A stretch of 62,109 nucleotides of DNA, filler included, from Platydemus manokwari (Eukaryota), in assembly GCA_037951405.1 (NCBI GenBank). It is 5 parts of 5 records of this genome, joined end to end, with 100 filler letters (N's around TTAATTAATTAA, not from the genome) between each part and the next. Parts side by side here need not be neighbours in the genome. Positions count along the whole stretch, not along the records: positions 1 to 19,678 come from JBBMOY011800282.1; positions 19,779 to 30,128 come from JBBMOY011141882.1; 3 more parts are not named here. One strand, written 5' to 3'. Under the pieces are notes generated by a model. That model was not told the DNA's origin. It did no database searches and saw only the letters and a list, made by a program, of their open reading frames with translations. Shown piece after piece: positions 13,208-27,800 of the stretch (the first letter of the stretch is position 1; every line of letters begins with the position of its first letter). A program made the translations under genes and the position numbers.

Positions 13208-14549
13208 GTATTTGATTTTTGTTTATTTAGGATATTTAATCACCTTCATTGTCACCATATATAAGTCTTCACAACCATTAATCAAAAACCTTCTTTTCTT
13301 TATAATTATTATTACATAATTATCATATTAGTCTCATCAATAATTTTTGAAAATATTCTGTGTAAATTCTGTACGATTGGGGAATGATTTGTTTGCGGAA
13401 TTAATCAACTCATCTGTAGCTTAATTTGAACAGCAATCTTTTTTCTAGGCTTTATATTAATTAATAATTATTTTCATAAGTTTTTAGTTTTCATTATGTA
13501 TATATATGAGATTTCATTAAAAATTATATGTTAGAGCGTCCTTTATTTGTTCTTTTATTTCGATATTCATTCAATATTTATATTTGATTTATATATTTAT
13601 TGTGGTAGCTACTAGTAACTACGGCGGTTTCAAATAACAGTTGGGTAATCCTCATCTGGTTCTGTAAGTGAAATGAAAGAGCCATCGATTTTAATCAGCA
13701 GTATTCTTAAGTGGATCTCTAATTCATTTAAATGTTTGTTGTCATAGCAACTCTAAATTTAAGAATCTTAAGAAAATAAGTGAAAAAATCTGAAATTTAG
13801 TCATAAGATTTTACTTAATTTTTTGAAGTTATTATTTTTTTTGGTAAATGGACTATCCTTTGGAATCACTCTATTATATGGTGAAAGCCATAATCCTGTC
13901 GCAATCCTAGTCCTTCGCCGAGTGGAACTATCATTATTTGTTTAAATTATTATCCAAACACTCGACTACAAATAACTCAAAAAGAACTTTTATTCCTTCA
14001 TTATTTCTAACAAATCAAAGAAAGTCTGATAACTTCCACAATAGATAATATCTTGTAATCTTTAGCTACAGTTTTTAATATATATATTCCTGTTCTCCCG
14101 AATCCAACTTGTTCATTTATTCGTTGAGCAAATGCCGATTTTTAAAAATATTTAGAAAATATCATGATCCAATGATAAAAAATTTCCACAGACTCATTCC
14201 TACTGACTATCGATTTGATCAATTATTGAGTATTTAATTAAATAAGAATTTCATTTTCATTTCTCAATATTTGGTGCCAGTAACCATCTTGCTCCATAAA
14301 TATTCAATTCTAAACAACATAGAGAGAAGAAGATAAAATCTTTGTAGAAATAATGGAATTATCTTGTAGTGGAAAACCAAATATTATCAGATCAAAACAA
14401 CTAGTAAAATCAATCAACAAGATATGTGGCGACAAATTTCAATTTTTATTTTTAATAATACTCCATAACTATTATATTGACTGACGTTATTTTAGTAACA
14501 TTAAAATCAATTATTATTTATTCTCTTTTGTTATTATTTCTGTTATTAT

Positions 14550-15102
14550 TGTTGGGTAGATCAAAAATCAACCAAAAGGGTTACAAGAACCAAGGAAATA
14601 ACCATAAAAAGGATCGATACACACATATCCAATAACCCCATGTGCTGTAAACCAATCAGATTCGTTTTAATATTAATCCATATTTAGAAGCTAAGAATCG
14701 ACAGGCACATACCTACAATGACAGCAATATCCACCAATAGTATAAGAGATACGATGAAAATTCCAAGTAGGCCGATCCACGAACGAATTCATCAAATGGA
14801 AAACGAAGAACCCTGACGTCAAGCAGACACACCCGATAGGTCTATAAAAAAAGGTTGAGTTCCGCGAATAACTGTCAGTCTTTTAAGTCGTTAACTTGCG
14901 TATGAATCTTATCTTTGTATGATTTTCGGTAATTAGTCTTTTTGATTATTTTTCCATTCCCTTTTGACTTTTAGGTGCTGATCTCTCCTTGCATGATTAA
15001 CCATTGTGAGTTGTAAAGAGGTTTACTTGAAGTTGTTGTTATTACGATTGTAACGTTTGGGTAATATAGTTTTCAGGTATAATTGTCGATTAACACTCAA
15101 CA
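14550..15102 (+). mobile_element. Solo LTR (553 bp), family shared with 56250-56809 and 57287-57848
   Basis: TGTTG...CAACA termini; TSD TTAT/CTAT (1 mismatch); internal CACACCCGATAGGTCTATAAAA motif shared with the other copies. Confidence 0.8.
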
Positions 15103-18100
15103 CTATTATCAAAAATAAAAATATCCAAAGTTATTACCGTTTCATTGATTCTAAAATTAATCAATAATACAATACCAATGTAAAATTTAAATAAATGTTT
15201 TGGAATGTAACCACTAGCAACATTAATAATTGATTCTAACTTGCGAGAGTACATTTCCATTCCTAAAAGCAATAATGTTTGGATGCAATCTTGGAAGTTT
15301 CTTTTAATCAAGAGAAACATTGTTTTTTGGACGAAAGTTCGACAAAACAGATAATTGATTTTCTATTACTGATTATCAAATATATCGAAATCTTTATTGT
15401 TTCTATCTCTTTTATTTCCAGAAATTATCCCGTTAGATCATGTCAATTGGTTTAAATTTGCTCATGGAACCATGTCGCCAATCATATCCCGAAATAATGT
15501 CTTATAAACGCCATAGCAATAGTTACACTGTATTAGATGTAAACAATAATAATATTAGATAATTTCTTCAATAAATACCAACATTACCATATCCTTTTTC
15601 AACTTGGAGATTATTTTTTAATAAAACCTATTAGTATCGTGAAGGATAAATAGCTGATATAATCTATTATTAGCTACAAATGTTTTATCAGGCACACCAA
15701 ATTATATATTCATCTATAATTATAGACTATTTTAGATATTTTAAGACCATTAGTGATGTTTGATGCAACTAATCTTAATGCAGACGTAATAGATTTACAT
15801 TTTCATGAAAATGTAATTTATCCTCTGGTTACTGTTGATGGATTCCATTATTCAATTATCGATCGATCCTTAATGAATTTTATACATGAATTGAGTACTT
15901 TAAATGTCATAAACGATTCCTTTATTACACTCAACATTTCCTGGACCGGATAATTTTTGGTTTCAATGACGTTGATTGAATGAAAGCTACTGTCACATGA
16001 TTTGACTTCTCTAGTTCTTTTTTTATTTTTGGTTTTTTTTTAATCAAAATAATCATGCACTTAAAATCCATTTCTGCAAATGCTTCAAACGAAATAATAT
16101 TTTAAATATTTTCAAATAAAATACAGGACTTCACTAAAACAATGGAGTAGTTTCAAGATGCTTTCGTGCCAATATCAGATCTCTATTATTCATTATAAAG
16201 GCTTCATTTTGTCTTGAAATAGAATTGTGAAGTAAAATCTTTAAACTGCGATTTGATTTTCTATATTTTTATATAAAATTATATTTTCTTTATTTCTTCT
16301 ATCTTCGAACTGCTTTATATTTTTTATTTTATCCATATTTTAAGAATGTTCTTATTGTTGATCTTCGCAGAAAGAATTCCAAATAAGTGTTCGCTGTGCT
16401 ACCATTTCATTAAAATATTTTGTAATCTTTTTTAAGAAAGTCAACCAACGTAAGTATATTTAATTAAAATATTTAAACAAATTATCTAAATATTATTTTA
16501 ATCATTTTTTTGTTTAAAATGATTAAAAATGATTTATAGAATCTTTCTCACATAATAACACATATTTTTATAATTTTTCTTATTATATTTATTATTATTA
16601 TATGTGTTCTTATTCTTACTGTTCCTTTTATCTCTATTTGTATTATAATTAGAATAATTATTAAATTTATTATATTTGTTATTATTATTTTATTTTTATC
16701 CTTATTATTATATACTATTATATTTAAAAATTTTAATTTGTTTGCGTTATATGCTTAAGAAATCATGTTTTTTTAATTCTTTCTCGTGAAATTTTAAATA
16801 TTTGATACCCTAGTCATGTTGAAAAAATTAGCCATATTACCGGTCGTTGCAATTCATTCCGTATTCGGGTGATATTTAATACCCGCATTCATTACAATTC
16901 CTTAGAAAATGAGATTTTCATAATTCTAATTTTGATAGGGCGTTGTTCGATGTATGGATTTATTTTGATTGTGAATTGCTTATTTCACTGACAGTGAAAT
17001 TAATTTGAGCGTTAATTTCTCAAAAAAATTAAGCAATTTCTAAATATTCCTGATTACCAAATCATAACCTATTTTGAATTACATAAATAATAATTGTGAT
17101 ACAAATGATATTTTGTCATTTACAATAATAATATTCGTCAACCATTACAATAGATTGCTGGAATACATCAGTTAGCTGACATTTCCAAAATTATGGGCGT
17201 CAAATTCTTCATTGGAAATGACAGAATTTATTTTTAAAATTTAAAATAGTTGATAATCGTGTTTAAGAACAAGCCAAAAATCTCAATTCCAAAATAGAAG
17301 GATTTTAATTTTAAAAATAATAACGAAGCCATGGTATCATGTCTCAAATTTCGAATTAATAAAACCTTAATGTTGTAATTTTTCGTATAGAGAATAAATG
17401 AAATTGATTTTTGGCTAAAGTTAAGAAAAATTCTCCTAAAATAAACATTTTAATTTGTTGAATGTTTTGCAAAAATCTATATAATTTATTTAATTCTATT
17501 ATTTAAAAATATTTTGAATTTATAATTTAATTATTTATGAAGAATTTTGGTTGTTTGAAATCAAATATTAAATGGTCTAGATCTTCAAATTTTCGTAAGA
17601 TTTGATTATTTGAAAAAGAGATCAAAGTAGGTCGAATGGCAATTTATTGAAAATTAGCGAGGACCTCGTTTTTAACATTAGAAGTAATTGAGAGATACTC
17701 TTAATGTTTACAACTATTTTATAAAAATAACCAATTATATCATTAAAAATGTATGTAATTAACTAACTCAATTTATAATTTTAAAAAGTAAATTTCAAAA
17801 CTCGAATAATCATATAGTAGTGTTTTGATTAGAATGGGAACTTGGTTTCAAAACTATGTTATGTTGTATGCGACATTCTAAAATTGAACTATTAATTGAA
17901 TTATTAAAATAAATCAAACATCAGAATTATATATAAAATTAAGTTATGAAATTATCTCATGTACAAAAGTTCATTATTACGAAAGGACCCTTTTCTAAAC
18001 TTAGGCTAAATTTTTTGATATCATTTGAGTTTTGATTTTCTGCTTGATAAAGATAAGTTCTATTTGATGAAATTTGTCGGGAATCTTTCTATATTTCGCC

Positions 18101-18249
18101 AACAAACATGTTATATTGAAAATTTTTCAAATGAGGAATTTTATTTTTCATTTAATTGCTAGTGTTTTGTAGTTTTAATTAAGTCCGAGTTATTGAAATA
18201 CCCATGGAATTATTCTCAATATTCTATAGTAACAAGTTCTCGTTAAATA

Positions 18250-18830
18250 AACTGAGATTAGCATATTTTCTGTCACATAGCGCGTGCTTATTAGAATAAT
18301 CCACGTTTTAGAAAGTAGATTATCTCATTGTCATGTATATGGATATGGCAAAGCCCATCCTTATTATACTTCACCCATCCTAAAACAGGTGACCATTAGT
18401 GACAAATGAATTTTAGAAATTTGCAAGGCTATGAAGTTAAAAAAGTTCACCAAAAATATTGATGGAATTTATGAATTGTTTAATGCGATAGGTTATATTA
18501 ATGGTGATGGTTTTTAGTGAGAACGTACCCGTTGCTTTTAATGTGCCTGCAAACAATCGATACGATAAGTGATTAATTAACTCCATTAAGTATCTGATCT
18601 TTAGCAATTAATAAGGTTACGTGCATATAAATAGGAAATATAAAATGTATTTGTCTATATCACACGATAAATCACACAATAACTGAAAGCTGTTGTGCCC
18701 TAGAGGTAGTTAACAACCAGTAATGGGAACTAATGGCACCCAACTTTGGATGAGAATGAAGTTCGGAGACGATTTGAATTTATTTAAGACATCAAATGTT
18801 CAGTAAGAACTTTGATATGGTAATTTATAT
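18250..18830 (+). mobile_element. Highly decayed CR1/L2-type LINE reverse-transcriptase remnant
   Basis: Colinear broken motifs: VMYMDMAK (cf. YLDFAKAFD), a segment resembling VINGEFS...VPVTSGVPQG, and MKFGDDLNLFK (cf. FADD). Many stops and frameshifts. Confidence 0.4.
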
Positions 18831-19678
18831 ACCACAATCGGTTTGCGGGCATAATCACTGAATTATGGAAAAATTTACAAAAATTTACTGATTAGTTGTG
18901 GTTATGGAAAATTTTGATTCTTGAAGATGAGTTGCGAATATTCAAATAATTCTGTTACTAAATGCTTGATTGCTTTGCTTGTGATTAACTTTGTGTGCTG
19001 AAATTTTTTGTGCCATTTTCCGCTTTTTGTTATGATTTATCAAATTTTTTCTATGTGAGAGAAATCTAACTGTTGCGACTTGACTTACGGATATTTGTTT
19101 TCTTATTTCACGTAATTAAGTTTCGTGATGTCCTATTCTTAATTTTTATTTTTGTCTTTTTGTTTGGTTATCGTAAAAATTCAGGAAGTTTCCCTAAAGG
19201 TCTATGCGAATGGATTATGAATTGATTATTAGACAATTATCGGTATTAGATATTCTTCAATCGTGAATAAAAATTTGTTTTAATTGATTAATTGGCTATA
19301 TTATTGATTTTTTATTTATCGTGGAACATCAAAATTTAGAACGAACTATTTCATAATAATTTTGAATTTAATAACAGTATCGAACTCAATATGTACTCAG
19401 TATTTTTAATTGTTTTCAACCGATATATTTTATTGTTTTTACGATGATTTTAATTTAATTGCTCAAGGATAATTGCTCAAACATATGTTATTAGTCTCTT
19501 TAAAATTTTAATTCTCTATGCTTTAATTAGTTTGAATATGTTTTTTATAATTATTTTAATTTAATTATTAGTGTTGATCAGGAGTTTATGTCACATTTTA
19601 ATAGTTTGTCTAATATATGTTCATTGGTTTGAATCTGTGTTTAATACGATGGGTAAACAAACTAAAGCCACCATTCGA

Positions 19679-19778
19679 NNNNNNNNNNNNNNNNNNNNNN
19701 NNNNNNNNNNNNNNNNNNNNNNTTAATTAATTAANNNNNNNNNNNNNNNNNNNNNNNNNNNNNNNNNNNNNNNNNNNN
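19679..19778. other. Assembly gap/linker (N44-TTAATTAATTAA-N44)
   Basis: Exactly 100 nt with a six-frame-stop spacer; identical at all four gaps. Confidence 0.98.
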
Positions 19779-20557
19779 TTGGATAATAGTAATAAATAAA
19801 TAACACAAATTAATTGTTTGATATTAATAAATATTTAATTAACACCATTTTTAAAGATAGCAATTTTCGTTTGCATTTTCCCTTAAAATTATTCTGTTAT
19901 AATCGATGATCATTTTTATTCCACAGAAACGAAATACGAAACAAAATTGATTGGAAAAGGAATCATTTTCTTTTAAACAAAGGGCTTATGAATAAAAAGT
20001 GTGTGTTGATTAATTAAATAAATTTAATTAAAATTTATTAATTTATTATTCATTTCCATGAATACTGAAATGGGATATTTTTACTGATATTTTAATTAAT
20101 ATTCGATTATTAATTAATATAATTTTATTTATTTTTAATAAAAATCGTAACTTAAAAGATTTTCTGTTTAATAATTCTTTTATGTTCTTTCTTTCTATAT
20201 ATTTTTCTGTAATTTTTATTTTTTATTTTTTTACTTTTTTCTTTAAAAATTGAGTTCTTTTCGAATATAAGCAATTTATTATGATTCTAGTACAATTTGT
20301 TATTGAATTATTATTGAATTTTCTGTCGCCTTTTTGTCATTAAAACAAAATATTGATTAAATAAAACGTGAAATCCAACAATTTTCTATTTTCTATAATA
20401 TAAACTTGTTGAATATATTACAACAAATCAACTATTGATGTAAATCATGATGTAAATCTCGTGAAACGTCTGATAAATATTTATTTACACATTGTTTATT
20501 CATCAATACAATGTGAACATTTCGATACTGTACCTATGGTCACGCTATTGGAATTGG

Positions 20558-20579
20558 TTTTCCTTAACTGCTATTCCAG
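20558..20579 (+). promoter_or_regulatory. U12-type (minor spliceosome) branch point and 3' splice site
   Basis: TTTTCCTTAAC matches the U12 branch consensus. It lies about 12 nt upstream of CAG at 20577-20579, directly before a ZDHHC exon. Confidence 0.8.
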
Positions 20580-20682
20580 AATATCTCTAGCTTGTGTTGT
20601 GGGCCTATTGTTATTTCCCGTTTTCGGGCTCGCTGGATTTCATGTGTTTCTTTTATCTAAAGGTGTAACCACTAATGAATAT
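20580..20682 (+). CDS. ZDHHC8: DHHC palmitoyltransferase ZDHHC5/8-like, exon encoding TM4 and the TTxE motif
   Basis: ISLACVVGLLLFPVFGLAGFHVFLLSKGVTTNEY is colinear with the vertebrate ZDHHC5/8 segment [34 protein letters not shown] (recalled). 103-nt exon, donor GTTTGT at 20683. The symbol stands for the 5/8 group. Confidence 0.9.
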
Positions 20683-20734
20683 GTTTGTTTTGGTGTTTGG
20701 TCAATGAATTGTTGTTTTTAATTTATTTTTCTAG

Positions 20735-20826
20735 GTCTGTGATAAATATAACGACATAAAAAATCCTTTCAATAAAGGCGTCTGCTCTAATTTCTGTTAC
20801 ATATTTTGTGGACCAACATACCCCAA
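20735..20826 (+). CDS. ZDHHC8: ZDHHC5/8-like exon with the NPF..G...N (PaCCT) motif
   Basis: Follows a 52-nt intron (20683-20734). Encodes VCDKYNDIKNPFNKGVCSNFCYIFCGPTYP; phase-2 donor GTAAAT at 20827. Confidence 0.9.
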
Positions 20827-23800
20827 GTAAATATTATTATTATTATTTTATTCATTAATATTATAATCTATCAATTTTCATTGGTTTATGCATTTTTACT
20901 GCCATCTCTTGTAAAATTCATTGATTTATCTGTGTAATTGTGTCCTGTATTTATAGAGCTAAGATATCTCTCGACACATTATTATTTTAGATTTAAAACA
21001 ATCTTAATTTTATTTTATAAAATAATAGTAATAATAATAATAATCAATTAATCTGATCCATTTTTATATTAACATTTGCCTGAGACATTAATCGAACATG
21101 ATATCAAGGAACTGGTGAATAAATGTTATCACCTTGACACTTTCCCCAAAAATTGATGAATGACTTAATAATTTATAAAATTTGAGAAGATTATTAATAA
21201 ATTTTGCTCCGAAAACATATTTAATAGAATTTTTAAACGTCTTTAATATTATTTACGATTATTTCATTTCATTTTAAAGTTATTTTAAAAATATTTTATT
21301 TTTTCTGTTTGAAAACTGTTGTGTGAGATAAATTTAATTATGTTGATTGGTTCATTTATTCCGAGTTACAATTATATGATACTTGGTTTCCACTCTATTA
21401 ATGCTTTCTCTATCATTTTCTTTTTTGTGGAATTATAATGAAATCTATATATGATAAATTATCTTAATATTATTTTTAAATCACGTATTAAAGTAATGAT
21501 ATCACTGGATAAATGTCTGTAATGAGATTTTAAAGAGAAATAGTTTTTGTATTAAATTCCCTATGAAAGATACAAGTTTGGGAGATGTAATGATTCTTGG
21601 TATTGATTCAACCTGTGAATGACACTGTTGGGTAGAATGCATCACGAAACCGAATAATTATAACATTAATTAATTTTGGGTGGAAGGAAGATGTTATATT
21701 TATAGCTAGAGGAAAATATGTAAATAAATATTTCTTTATATTTAAATCGAAACGACATTGTATTGTCAATGAGATGTGGTTCAGTGATAATAAATAAATA
21801 ATTCACGAAAAGCTTTCTTGAAATAAGTATAGAACATAATATATATATAATAGTGTACGGATAGAAAATGAATAGAAAATATTGATTCTATTGAGTTATG
21901 AAAGTTTTTCATAGACCGCGGAGTAAATTGATTCTAAGTTTGCCATGGAACGGTACTAATTATCGCAATTTTTAATCTCTAAAATACAAGTGAATATGAA
22001 GAACTAACATATCGCATAACACGTATCGATATATTTATATGTATCTATATTCATATGAAAACATGTCAGTTCCGGCATAGTGGTCCATTAGTCACAATTA
22101 AAATATAATGAACTTCAGAATTTTATTTTGTCACATCCGTCGTTGCCGTTTTCTATATTGAACCCGTTTAATATCACAAAGAACTGACAATTCTCATTTG
22201 ATTTATTTCGTTTATATATTAATTATTCCAGTTTTCTGTAAATATTTTTCCAATATCAACCCTGGATTTGGCAACAATAGATTTTTGCTGCAAGTTTCCA
22301 AAATCGATTTTTCTTTTGGCTAAAATAAGCTTAATTAATTTTTTGTATGACGGCTTCTAGATCTCTTTCTGTTGTATTATTTCAGATTGTTTTGGATTGC
22401 AAACAAATCTATTTACACTGTGTTATATTAGACGAAATATTTGGTGTTGTTTTCATTCGAAAATTGTGTTGATAGCTAAAATGTCGTCCAGATGTAATCG
22501 ACATAAATATTGTCTATTTTTATATAAATAATTATCAAATAATTTTCAAATCGGTTCGGATATATTTATTCTCTATCAACAAACTAATTAGCGTGAATTT
22601 GTTTCGTCATCAATTATATGAGTTTCATGTCACATATTTATCTTTCGAAAATAATTTGGCAAATATTTGGAATTATCATTGAATTGAGATGTTATTTCAT
22701 ATATAATTATATCTAGTTATATGATAAATATTGATTTTTCTTTCAATTTTTTCGGAATCGATTATTTTTAGTTTCTTTTGTTTTTTGAAGGTTCATTATT
22801 AAAAATAAATCACGCTATAAAAGTAAATAAATTTTGTTATCATTTTTGGTTTGATGAGGACTTTCCAAAATCAAATTTTATTGGAGCTTAAAATATTCAC
22901 ATTGTCTTAAGGTGCAAGTTGATGTCAAGATGGACTTGTATTACATAATAACATACGGGGCATTTGTTGTGGGATTTAATATTTTCTACAAATAAAATTA
23001 AGTTCGATCTACATTATCTATGAAAATTAGAGTTATTTGTATCAGTTTTTATATTTTTTGTCACAAATACCGAAAAACTATTTTATTAGATTCTTATGAT
23101 TTTATTATCAGCTTTAATCACAATGTTATATGAATAGTATACAAGAGATTAAAATTTTATTTTTGATTTATCGATATTTCGACCCAGATCTCTTATACAT
23201 AGGTTCTCGCTTTTTTTATGAAAGAGACTATTTTTTTCGAAGTCCATAAAAAGAAACATACCACTGAACAGTAAACTATTATATATATGGTTAATCCATA
23301 GTGAAAGTGTGATTAAATTATAATTGCCGTTCTTCAATTGATTTCGAAGATTCATTTTATGAATTGCTGTTTATTTACTTTGGTTAGATTATTTCAGATG
23401 TTAAATGACATATTGATTATTACCGACTATGTTATATTAAAGTATCAATTTGAATTTTTAATGAATACTATGGGTTAATCTCTCTCATGTCAGTAACAAA
23501 ATCTTCCGAGAATAAAGACAATACATGCAATTCATTACTTGTAACAATCCATTCGTTTGTTCGATTTGATTTATACTTGGAAAATTTTTTTTTAAATTTC
23601 GATTTTTTATCGAATATTTTCTATAAAGTAAAATCAAATTTCCATCCTTGCTTTAAGAATAGAAAGTTAAAATTATCAATCATTCTATCATTTAGAATAA
23701 CTATTTTATAAGTAGTATTTTTGCGGTACAATAAGTTTTGTATTTGTAATTTTATGTTTGGTTGTGACTTGAATTCATATCAACAATCCAACAGTGATAC

Positions 23801-26725
23801 TCAGCGATAAATACGAACATTTGCATTTGGTTGTTTTGTTCACTGTCGGTGGATTGATTGGTTTTCGTAATGAAATTGTGAGATAATATATCATATCAAG
23901 ATCCATTGAAATTTCATGAATATTTTTCTCTAATAATTAATTCAACACATGATCAAAACAGTCAAATGATAAGATCATAAATATATGAAATCAATTTGTT
24001 GTCGTTTTCAAATTACAAGTGCTGAAAGAAAAAACCAAACAAGAAATCTTAACAAGGACAGTTTGAATTTTTTTTCAGTTATTAATTTTTTAAATTGAGT
24101 TTAATTTTTTCTCGTGGACAATATTCGTGGTCGGTTGTGAAAATCTTAAAAATCTGATAATTTTTTTCTGTTAATAAGTCGTTTTCACATTAATTAATCA
24201 AACAGCTGTTCCCTCGTTATTTTGTCTGCAACTGTCAAGCTCGTGTTTCTATCGTTTTTAGAAATTGAATTTCTCCGTTGAATCTGTTTGTGAATAAACA
24301 TTAATGATTCTTATTTAGATCATTATTTCACGTTTTTTTTTCCCAGTCGTTCGAAAATATATTAATTATTTTGAGAACGATATCAATTTGTGAAGAAATG
24401 TTGTTGAAACAGAAAATATTACAAGATGGAATTCACTGATTGGATGTGGTTTTTAATATTTTTAATTTTTTTAAAAATTGATATCTTTAATTAGCTCCCA
24501 AAAAATTCCGCACTGACAGGAATTTTTACAATTTTTTATGCAGTTCAATTAATATTAAATTTTTTCATTTTCATTGATTTTATTGGTGAAAAAAATAAAA
24601 GTGCACTGAAAAAATATTTTAATCTGTTAACAAGCTTTGATGTGCATTTATTGCATATATATATATACCTTCTGTTCTATATCAGATACAAAATTAGCAC
24701 AGCACTGCTTTCAAAAATCGATAAATATTTTGAAGAATTTTATAAAAACTAGTGCTCCACAGAGTGGTTTTTAAGGTTTAATTTTTCAGTCAAATAATTC
24801 TAAAGGATCTCTAATTAAATTAGCGTTTGGTTTACAAAAATTGGCTTGTTTTTTAGAAGTTCAACTTGAATGATTACACACATTTTCGTGGAAAATAAAT
24901 AAATAATCTCCCATCTATGTACTTTTTAAACTATTTATTATTCCAAAGAATTGTATTTGCTTTTATTTATCCTCAATGGTTGAACGATCTTGAAATAAAC
25001 ATTCTCTAAATTTTTTTTCACTTGAAAAATTATCGTCATTCGGAATTCATTCAGTTTTAGAGTCTAGGTAATTATGAGGATTGTGCTGATTTCATCACCT
25101 TTTCAAATAGTTATGATATTATCATAGTTGTTTCCATATTAATAAATAAAGAAAATAAACTTTGTTAATAAAAAAAGTATTACAGTATTCCTCCTCTTAA
25201 CTACCACTTTTGGGGAATTGGCGAATGAGAGGAGTTTTTATAAGGAAAATAATAAAGAAGAACAATCAAATAAACTTTTTATCATCCTAAAAATGTGGCA
25301 GTTAGGAAGAGAAATATTGTATATAATTTAAAGATCCGATTGCAACATGATTGAAATAGCAATTCTTTCGAGGATAGCTATAACTTAACAATCTGAAAAA
25401 TTTTCGATGACAATGAAAACAATTATATTATAATTATATAATAATAATTATATTATAAATTTCATATAACGGTATAAAATATTTGAGAAATAATAAAAGT
25501 TAAATGGTATCCTTATCTTATAGAAATGTGATAAAATAATATGGCATTTTATACATAAGTCAGCGTTACTAGATAGAAAATTGAAATTCCGATACATTAT
25601 CTGTTTCATTTTCCATGTTGATAATGAATGTTGCATGAATCTTATTCCCATTAGACTTTCAAGCTTCATTCATCGATCAATTGCAATGCAATCTAATTTT
25701 GCTCCGATGAACTTTTATGGGGGATAAATTAAATAATTTAATCATGGATAAATCACCATGAATTGAGCTTCATAATTTACAATGGCTAATTATTTATAAA
25801 ACCGTTTTTAAAAAAATTTATTTTCCGAATTGGAAAATTTTTTATCTTGTAAGACTTCTATAAAGAATGGAACAAAACCATATCGATTTAATCTTGAATT
25901 TCATGATTTTAATTTATTCTCCCATAAAACCCAGTGGCTTTATTTCAAAACCGAACATTTTTTTCTATTTAGTATGATAACATGATGAGATTTGGTGAAT
26001 ATAAAATGAAAAAAAATATGTAAAAATTTTATTTTAAGATTGTGAATTAATCGAAATGTATTTCCTGAATTTAATATATTAACCAATATCCAATCAAAAA
26101 TGATCTCTTTTAAAATATCAACTTATTACATTCTAAAATTTTTGATCGCAAGATATTCAGAACCTTCATGATTTTTATACAAAATAAAAAATAACTTGTA
26201 CTTTTTTTAAGTTGAAGACAAGGTTTTTACTTTGGCGTTTCATATAAGCGGTGTAGATGAACCTTAATGAGATAAGTTAAATTTAATAAATAAATTTATT
26301 TAAAAAAAATATTAATTTAAGCTCTTTTAATATACAAAGTCTGTGGAATAAATTTACTAAAGATCATGATATTTACTTATTAATTTTGGGTTAATTTTAA
26401 TAATCACAATTGTTTTCGAAATTGATTTTATTCTGAAGTTCGTCTTCGTCTATAAAATTAATTAGTTGGTCTCAGTACTTTAATTTTGTCTAACTTTGTT
26501 CTCGTGTTTCACACTCATGGATCTGTAATCGGGATTTTTAGAATATACTTTAATAATGCGTATTAATAATTTGAAAAAATCTAATCCATTAAGATGAATT
26601 TGCTGTGTATTTTTGGTTTCACGAGAGAATTTACTCTAAAATATCATTATATTCGATTGGGTTATTTCGAGATAAATCCCCAGTTTTACAATTTCAAGAT
26701 TAATGATCAAAATTTTTCATTTCAG

Positions 26726-27032
26726 CCTTTCATCCGTTTATCACAAAAAATCGGCCGAACGCTACAAATATATAGATTTATCAAACAATAAAATGAGTAA
26801 CATTCAACAGAAACCATTGAGATCACATATGACAGTAGCTCCTGGTGGAGTTTATATTGGCAACAGAGGTGATCCTCAATCTGAAATGAAAAACTTCAAG
26901 CAAAATTATCCGCAGCAAAATCGGAAACAATCAGCAAGACTCGTTCCAATTCAAAATCTCCCAAAGGGATACAATCAATTTTCTAGTGATACTCCATTAC
27001 TGATGGACAGCCAACATTCTCAATCTTCTAAA
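26726..27032 (+). CDS. Probable next ZDHHC5/8-like exon (low-complexity cytoplasmic tail)
   Basis: Strong acceptor TTTTCATTTCAG. The phase-2 start matches the donor at 20827. Open for 102 codons (LSSVYHKK...HMTVAPGGVYIGNRGD...SQSSK), donor GTATTT at 27033. Linkage to ZDHHC is inferred from phase, strand and same contig. Confidence 0.7.
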
Positions 27033-27800
27033 GTATTTTTTATATATTGCATTCTCTTTTATTTTAATATCCAATCTGAAATTAAAATTTCTCGAATTCA
27101 TCATTCAATATTTGATAGCTGAATTTCTAGATGACTACCGCCTATGACAATCGAACAATAACCTTTGTTAATGATTTAATTTAATATTCCTATTTATAAA
27201 ATGTCCCAAAATAACCAGTTGATGCAATCATCTTTAATTGTTAGGTTATGTTGCGTTGAGGACGAATGATCCATCAACATGCATTTTTGATTTAATATTG
27301 ACTGAGATACCAGTGTCATTTTTTTAATAAATTAATTGAACCTACGTTTCTAATATAATAAAGATCTAAGCATGATTCCTATATCATTTGATAATAAACA
27401 TCCGGGCATTCATAAATCACTCATTGTTACGATTAAACTTTTATTTGTAAAGATAACGATGATGTGACTTCATAAATATTTCATAATCGGAGACTCTTTT
27501 ATCAATGATGTGACTCACAATCCAATTCAACTTGGAAGTTGGAATATAATATTATTTTTAACAATGAGAAAACATATTATTAAAAATTAAATTTTTAAAC
27601 CAAAGATCTTACGAATTTTTCACTTACGTAATAATATATAGTGCTTGAAAAATACAATCAATATTTACGGTTATTTATTAATGCAATAATTTACATATTT
27701 TTGATTATTAAGATTATAAAATTAAATATTGTGATTGGTTAATTTATAGATATAATTAACTGATATTTCAATGAGTATTAATATCAATGATCACGTTATA

